Assembly: GCA_043732185.1 (NCBI GenBank)
Contig: JAYTHY010000122.1
Span: forward strand, 1 to 21,145
Length of the DNA: 21,145 nucleotides
Origin: Fibrobacteria bacterium
GTDB lineage: Bacteria > Fibrobacterota > Fibrobacteria > UBA11236
Direction: 5' to 3'
Shown: positions 15,380 through 21,145 of the stretch, in pieces
Layout of the letters: each line of letters begins with the position of its first letter
Position numbering within the stretch: the stretch's first letter is position 1
Program-made: the position numbers and the translations under genes
Notes under the pieces: model-generated
Seen by the model: only the letters and a program-made list of their open reading frames with translations
Told to the model about the DNA's origin: nothing
Database searches by the model: none

Positions 15380-16594
15380 ATGGCAAAAATTCTTTGGCTG
15401 GTTTTTTTAATGACGATGACGGTACCCCATCGGTGGTCAACCCGTATTCTTGTATTCTCCCCAAACGGCCGCCATTGTTGACCGCCACTTTCAATGGATG
15501 CAAACCTATGGACTTGACGGAGTACTACTCCAACGATTTCTGGCCGATATTCCTGGGAAAAAGTCCACCGGCGATACGGTCCTCAAAAATGTTAAGAACG
15601 GTGCCAATCATTATGGTCGGGGTTTTGCCATCGAGTACGATATTTCCGGTGCCGCGGCAGCTACTATTTTAACGCAAATTCAAACGGACTGGATGTACTT
15701 GGTCGATCAATTGAAGGTCACCACTCAACCTGGTTACTTTCACTACAAAGGATTGCCGGTAGTGGCTATTTGGGGTTTCGGCTTCAACGATGGAAATCAT
15801 CCAGCCACACCCGAAATCGCCCAAAGCATCCTGGACTGGTTTCATCGGGGAGCCGCACCTCAATACCGGGCTGCGTTCATTGGAGGCGTTCCGGGTGGAT
15901 GGCGCAGCCTAAGCAAAGATGCCACTACGGACTCAGCCTGGAATGCTGTTTACGACAGCATGGATATCGTGCAGCCCTGGACGGTGGGGCGCTATAACAG
16001 TATTGCTACCGCGGACAATTGGCTTACATCAACCCTGGGCCCGGATAATGCACGCACCCAGAAGACCGGCCATGCCTATCAACCCGTCATCTTTCCCGGA
16101 TTCTCGTGGCATAATTTAAAGACAACGGACCCACTGAATGCTATTCCCCGTCTCAGTGGCCGGTTCATATGGGAGCAGGCCATTAATGCCAAACGATCCG
16201 CCGCGTCCCGCCGCAAATACGCGCCGGATCAGGGAACATGGGTGACCTTTGACGTCGATGGAGATACGACTTTGCCTTCCGATTGGTATTTGCGAATGGG
16301 CGGGGTGATAACGCAAATGTTCCATGGAACGATTCCCATCACCGCTGCCATTCCTATCAAGCCCACGGATCCGGTCGTTGAGTTGGAGTTTTCTAGAAAG
16401 AGATGTTATGTGTCAGAATTACGATTAACCAGAATATTCGGAATCTAAAATCCAACTTCGTCGATGTGTTCTGGGACGGCAAGGATGCGAAAGGCACTCC
16501 ACTTTCCAAAGGCATTTATTTTGCGCAACTGGCTGGAAGGGCTCTAGATCGTCATTCAATGGGATCTATATGTTTTACTTGGATGGGTAAATAA
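15380..16594 (+). pseudogene. Degraded secreted GH71/GH99-like glycoside hydrolase with FlgD-Ig-like C-terminal domain
   Basis: Signal peptide MAKILWLVFLMTMTVP (ATG 15380) is out of frame with the core (IGGQPVFLYS..VDRHFQWMQTYGLDGV.LQRF, YDISG, WGFGF, PWTVGRY, PGFSWHNL, LPSDWYLR); tail FWDGKDAKGTPLSKGIYF is again in another frame. Confidence 0.8.
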
Positions 16595-16608
16595 AAACCA
16601 ATTGAGCT

Positions 16609-17847
16609 TTATCGGCCTGGATGGATTTTCACAAGTGGGACGTATATTTTTCCCCATATGAATAACGCAGATAAGGCAAAAGCCGCGGCGAGAGCCAGGT
16701 GCAAATAATGTCCACCGGTCCATATTTCGGTTGCAATACGCGTCAGCATGGAAATAAAGAGAAGTGCACCGTACACCCGAATCTTCCGACCATGCATAGA
16801 AAGAATATCCAGCCGCCCAGCATGTGCCGTCAATACACGAGACGCGATGGATAAGGTCAAATGCATAAATCCGGAAATGAAAATCATATGCTCCCAAGCG
16901 AGCATATATCTCGGCAGAAAAACGGGTAGCAACAGGGCAATCGCCATTACATAAAGCGCCATACGCGCAGCCCCTAAATATGGCTGCAATTTTCCAGTCA
17001 CTTTGTGAATACGGATTTCCATGAATAGGAACCAAGTCCAGACTGCTGCTCTAAGCATGTAAGCAAACTGTAGACTGACATTTCCATTCCCGTTGAATAT
17101 TCCGAATATCTCTACGCAGTAACTCGCCAAGAACAGGGCGCAAAGTCCAATGGGTACAGTAAAGCGTCGAGCAGAATTTAAGCGCAGGGACTGCGGTTCG
17201 ATGGGCCCATTGGCAAAAAGTTTAGGCAAGAGAAAACCACCTACACCCAGGATGAGCAGAAGCGGAAAGGCTTGGTATTGTAAAATGGAACCCGTTCTTA
17301 AAACGGGAGCCATAATAGAATCCGGTAGGTAGCGGGATAAAGCCATTAATTTTGCCAAAATCCCCAGCGTATCGACTAACATGGCGATGGCAATAAATAG
17401 AAATGCAGGCGGTGGATTTGATTTTCTACGGGGAAATCTTCTGGCGATATAGCCCAGGAAGTTGATGAGAATCAAAAGGTGAAAAATTTGAGCTATGAGC
17501 GGGGCATTGGCCAAGGATGCGGCAATAATGCCTATCAATAGGGTCGGAAAGGCTAAATAGGATAAGGGATCCAAGGGCTTGACGCCCAAAATCTTTGGGA
17601 GCATGGTTGTTAGGAATCCAAAAATAAAGCAAAGTAGGAAGGCCTGAATCTGGATGACCGCATGGCCTTGGCCAGGGTATGGAAAAGCTTGAGGCCAAAA
17701 ATAATACGGGATCCATATTCCCATTCCGATTGCTGCACTTGCGATTCCTAAGGGGAAAAGGAGGCGATACGGTTCGGCACAAATCTTATTCCATTCCCAG
17801 GGTTTGTTCGCGCTATTGATTTGGGCGGGATCGGTATTTGTTTGCAT
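16609..17847 (-). CDS. nnrS: NnrS-family integral membrane protein
   Basis: Polytopic membrane protein with N-terminal EPYRLLFPLG, GHAVIQ..FIFGFL.T.LP, and later WEHMIFISG and RVLTAHAG. Confidence 0.72.
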   Translation of the reverse strand: MQTNTDPAQINSANKPWEWNKICAEPYRLLFPLGIASAAIGMGIWIPYYFWPQAFPYPGQGHAVIQIQAFLLCFIFGFLTTMLPKILGVKPLDPLSYLAFPTLLIGIIAASLANAPLIAQIFHLLILINFLGYIARRFPRRKSNPPPAFLFIAIAMLVDTLGILAKLMALSRYLPDSIMAPVLRTGSILQYQAFPLLLILGVGGFLLPKLFANGPIEPQSLRLNSARRFTVPIGLCALFLASYCVEIFGIFNGNGNVSLQFAYMLRAAVWTWFLFMEIRIHKVTGKLQPYLGAARMALYVMAIALLLPVFLPRYMLAWEHMIFISGFMHLTLSIASRVLTAHAGRLDILSMHGRKIRVYGALLFISMLTRIATEIWTGGHYLHLALAAAFALSALFIWGKIYVPLVKIHPGR

Positions 17848-17859
17848 GGCCTAAAGTTA
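17848..17859 (-). promoter_or_regulatory. Candidate leaderless promoter (-10-like TAACTT 6 nt before the nnrS ATG)
   Basis: TAACTT-TAGGCC-ATG; same geometry and same 10-mer TTAGGCCATG as at the ATPase start (6181-6190). Confidence 0.4.
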
Positions 17860-17992
17860 TTACAAAAGCAGCCTGCTCGGCGACCAAAGGTTTCTGCCAA
17901 AATGCGGTTTCATTTTACCAACCCCTGCTTCTAGGAGAGCCAGTCTCCCAGTGTAATGTCCTGAATTGGACTATATTTTCTGCAAATGATTC

Positions 17993-19141
17993 TTGATTGC
18001 AGCTTTGAAATCTGATAAAACACTTCATTATTATTCGTACGATTCCACGCAAAACCCATGGTTGGCCGGCGGAGGTGCGTACCGTGATCTGGAAGTCCTG
18101 AGTCGGCTCCGCCGTAATTTTGTTGCCGTCCATCTTTATATAGGCAACTACCCTGGAGGACGGCGTCAATTCTTGCAAGGCGTCGAAATAATCCCCCTTG
18201 GTTTTGGAGGGAATGAAATTCTCTCTCGGTTGACATATGTGGTTTTGGCCAATTTGAGAATTCTCTTTCATAAAAGGGGCTACATCGGAATTGGCCTTTC
18301 ATTGTATTCTCCGTTACCGGCAGCCTGGTTACATAGAAAGTGTATTTATGGAGTCCTCCATCATATTATTGGAAACAATTGGACCCACAAGCTGGGGGTC
18401 ACAGGCAGGTTGTTCGATAGGCTTGAATCCCTGTATTACCGGATTCCCAATAAATTCGTTGTTCTCAATGATGCTGTGGCAGCAGAAATCTTGCGCTACA
18501 ATCCAAAGGCGCAGGTCTTGCGAACGGCAAATGGATTCCATCCAGCCTTGCTCCAGGTGAAGGATATTTCAGAATCTTCTCCGCCGTTTCTTGCCTTCAT
18601 CGGTCGTCTGGATATTTTCATGAAAGGACTCGATATCCTGATCGAAGCCTTCGCATTGGTCGCAGCCCAACACCCCAACCTCAAACTGGTTCTGGCCGGC
18701 CGAGGCGATCCAGATTCTGAAAAAAAACTTTTGACTCTGGCGAACCACCTAGGCCTGGAAAATAAAGTTTCCTTGCGTACAAATATCACGGATGCGGAAA
18801 AATCCATGCTGCTGTCCCAATGTCTCTTCTTCTGCAGCCCCTCGCGTTATGAAGGTTGGGGCATTGCCGCCCTGGAGGCGAATGCCGCCGGAAAGGTCGT
18901 GGTCGTTTCAGAAGCATCCGGTTTTAAAAACAGCATATCCGATGGCTTCTCCGGAATCCGCGTCGAAATTGGAAATGCTGTTGCCCTCTCTAATGCTATT
19001 CTGAAACTTTTAAGGGATCCGGATCGGATAAAAAGAATGGGATTGCAGGCTAGGGAGTGGGCGGAACAATTCAATTGGGATGCCATTGCTGATAAGGAAG
19101 CTGCGTGGCTGGAGGAGCATCTGGGTAGGGAGAATAGCTGA
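17993..19141 (+). CDS. Glycosyltransferase family 4
   Basis: FIGRLDIFMKGLDIL and PSRYEGWGIAALEANAAG (E-x7-E); N-terminal GGG loop; TTG start uncertain. Confidence 0.92.
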   Translation: MIAALKSDKTLHYYSYDSTQNPWLAGGGAYRDLEVLSRLRRNFVAVHLYIGNYPGGRRQFLQGVEIIPLGFGGNEILSRLTYVVLANLRILFHKRGYIGIGLSLYSPLPAAWLHRKCIYGVLHHIIGNNWTHKLGVTGRLFDRLESLYYRIPNKFVVLNDAVAAEILRYNPKAQVLRTANGFHPALLQVKDISESSPPFLAFIGRLDIFMKGLDILIEAFALVAAQHPNLKLVLAGRGDPDSEKKLLTLANHLGLENKVSLRTNITDAEKSMLLSQCLFFCSPSRYEGWGIAALEANAAGKVVVVSEASGFKNSISDGFSGIRVEIGNAVALSNAILKLLRDPDRIKRMGLQAREWAEQFNWDAIADKEAAWLEEHLGRENS

Positions 19142-19259
19142 ATGACAATCCTGGGGTTTTCTGGCGTAGGTAATAAAATAGAGCGAATGCTGAGTTTTCA
19201 GTCACAATAGACGGAACAGTTCGAAAGCAGATTTCAAAATTGTTAATCGTGAGGATCTT

Positions 19260-20267
19260 ATGGATTTAATATCGGTCGCCCCAAAAGTTTATGTCATCAT
19301 TTTGAACTATAGAGGTTGGGCGGATACCATTGAATGCTTAGAATCGGTTTATTCTTGCGATTATTCCAATTTTGAAGTGGTGGTCGTGGACAATGGTTCC
19401 CCAGATAATTCGCTGGAAAAAATCATGGCATGGATTAAAGGGGATTTCCGGCCAGACACACCGCATGCCTCCCCAATTCTGGCCACGGTGAAAAACCAGA
19501 CAGCCCCTATTTCATTTACCTACATCACTCAACAAGGCGAATTAATTGCTGAGGGTTTCGAAAATAATGCCGCACCTCATTTGACATTCATTAAATCTGA
19601 AATTGATTGGGGCTGCTTTGAAGGATTCAATGTTGGAATTCGATGGTGTCAAACAAAATCGGATTATAAATATTTATGGATACTCAATAACGACACGGCA
19701 GTAAAGCCGGATAGTCTTTCGCATTTAGTTAAGACATGCGAAGCGCAAGAGCTGGGAATTTGTGCCGCGAAAATAATGTATTACGATGAGCACGAAAGTG
19801 TGCAAGCCTTAGCTGGAAGGTTCCTTACCTATACGGGACGCAATTTAGAAATCAAAGATGAGTCGGAATTACACCTCATGGATTATGTGGTTGGTACGGC
19901 GATGTTGGTGTCCAAAAAATGTCTTGAACGCGGATTGCTTCCAGGGGAATATTTTCTCTACTTCGAAGATGTGGATTTTTCCTATGGAGCGAAAGCGGCG
20001 GGTGTAAAAATCGGTGTTGCCCCGCTAGCTGTCGTCTACCATAAAGACGGAAAAGGCTCGACGAAAATGGAAAAGGAATATTATATCGCACGAAATTTGC
20101 TTCACTTCATCTGGAAATACCGGCCTTGGATGATTGGCTTCTCATTGTGGTACGTTTTAGTGCACAGATTAAGCCTTCGTCTTTTTGCCAGAAAATATCA
20201 AAGCGTGAACGAATTGCTAGCCGGAGCGCGTGATTTTTTTAGAGGCCGGTTAGGCGAAAGAGTTTGA
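19260..20267 (+). CDS. Glycosyltransferase family 2
   Basis: IILNY, VVVVDNGS, WILNNDT and YFLYFEDVDFS motifs; GAGG RBS. Confidence 0.92.
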   Translation: MDLISVAPKVYVIILNYRGWADTIECLESVYSCDYSNFEVVVVDNGSPDNSLEKIMAWIKGDFRPDTPHASPILATVKNQTAPISFTYITQQGELIAEGFENNAAPHLTFIKSEIDWGCFEGFNVGIRWCQTKSDYKYLWILNNDTAVKPDSLSHLVKTCEAQELGICAAKIMYYDEHESVQALAGRFLTYTGRNLEIKDESELHLMDYVVGTAMLVSKKCLERGLLPGEYFLYFEDVDFSYGAKAAGVKIGVAPLAVVYHKDGKGSTKMEKEYYIARNLLHFIWKYRPWMIGFSLWYVLVHRLSLRLFARKYQSVNELLAGARDFFRGRLGERV

Positions 20268-20423
20268 AACACTTTTATCAAGTCGTGGCCAAATATGGTC
20301 AAAAACTTCAATAAATGCCATAAACCTTGGGAAGGAAAAATTACGGATGGAATACGAATACTCTGGCCTACTCCCATTGGGAGTCAGTTTGTATTATTAA
20401 CGCCCATTAAGGTCAGCACCCCA

Positions 20424-21145
20424 ATGAAAATTGTCATCCTAGCCGGAGGATTCGGCAGCCGTCTCAGTGAGGAAACACATCTCAAGCCAAAACCCATGGT
20501 TGAGGTGGGTGACCGTCCCATTCTGTGGCACATCATGAAAAGCTACGCAGCAGCCGGACACACCGACTTCATCATTTGCTGCGGGTACAAGGGCTATGTT
20601 ATCAAGGAATATTTCGCCAATTATTTCATGCACCGCTGTGACGTTACTTTCGATCTGGCCTCCGGCTCGATGAAAGTTCACCAAAGCAACGCAGAAGCTT
20701 GGAAAGTGACCGTGGTGGACACGGGCGAAAATACCATGACCGGCGGCCGCTTAAAGAGGGTGCGTCAACATTTGGATGATGGGACTTTTGGTTTTACCTA
20801 CGGAGACGGGGTTAGCGATGTGAATTTGAAGGCCTTGATCGCCTTTCACAAAGAGCATGGACGTAAGGCTACTTTAACAGCCGTGCAGCCACCGGGTCGT
20901 TTTGGCGCTATCGACCTTAAGGGTGATACCGTGACGTCCTTCCACGAGAAGCCCAGAGGTGAAGGTGCCTGGATCAATGGCGGCTTTTTTGTGCTTGAAC
21001 CTTCCGTACTCGATACCATTGCCGGGGATGAAACCATTTTCGAAAAACAGCCATTGGAGCAGCTGGCCTTAGAAGGACAACTTCAAGCCTTTCGGCATGA
21101 AGGCTTTTGGCAACCGATGGACACTTTGCGCGATAAGCATTTATT
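20424..21145 (+). CDS. rfbF: Glucose-1-phosphate cytidylyltransferase (partial, runs off window end)
   Basis: Manual translation: [39 protein letters not shown]...[11 protein letters not shown]...[16 protein letters not shown]...TYGDGVSD...[11 protein letters not shown]...[12 protein letters not shown]. Not in the ORF track. Confidence 0.96.
   Translation, partial: MKIVILAGGFGSRLSEETHLKPKPMVEVGDRPILWHIMKSYAAAGHTDFIICCGYKGYVIKEYFANYFMHRCDVTFDLASGSMKVHQSNAEAWKVTVVDTGENTMTGGRLKRVRQHLDDGTFGFTYGDGVSDVNLKALIAFHKEHGRKATLTAVQPPGRFGAIDLKGDTVTSFHEKPRGEGAWINGGFFVLEPSVLDTIAGDETIFEKQPLEQLALEGQLQAFRHEGFWQPMDTLRDKHL

Noticed and set aside
17848..17992. FNR/DNR/NnrR box upstream of nnrS
   Set aside because: No TTGAT-N4-ATCAA-like site found; only a short GGAGA/TCTCC stem.
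19142..19259. ops/JUMPstart element in the polysaccharide cluster
   Set aside because: GGCGTAGG does not match the ops consensus GGCGGTAG.
1..21145. CRISPR array, tRNA/rRNA, integrase or transposase
   Set aside because: No regularly spaced repeats, RNA gene signatures or recombinase motifs seen on either strand.

Overview
Bacterial genomic window with four parts. (1) 1-9046, minus strand: a type I restriction-modification locus in the order hsdR > AAA+ ATPase/DUF4143 > tcmP-like methyltransferase > DUF5131 (Gp37/Gp68, three-Cys radical-SAM-like) > hsdS > RhuM-Fic fusion > hsdM (partial, missed by the ORF track). The tcmP/DUF5131 pair is tightly coupled to hsdS, and matching palindromes sit upstream of and inside rhuM. 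(2) 9115-12949: DUF4256, an SRPBCC protein, and a three-gene cluster of type III PKS, a His/Glu-rich membrane protein and a UbiG-like O-methyltransferase. (3) 12977-16594: a decaying block with a VOC gene (internal TAA), an intact M23 peptidase, a TolB-like gene (internal TAG) and a multiply deleted GH71/99-like glycosidase. (4) 16609-21145: an NnrS-family gene, then the start of a surface-polysaccharide cluster (GT4, GT2, partial rfbF). No rRNA, tRNA, CRISPR array or transposase was recognised. All family calls come from motif recognition by eye, not database searches.
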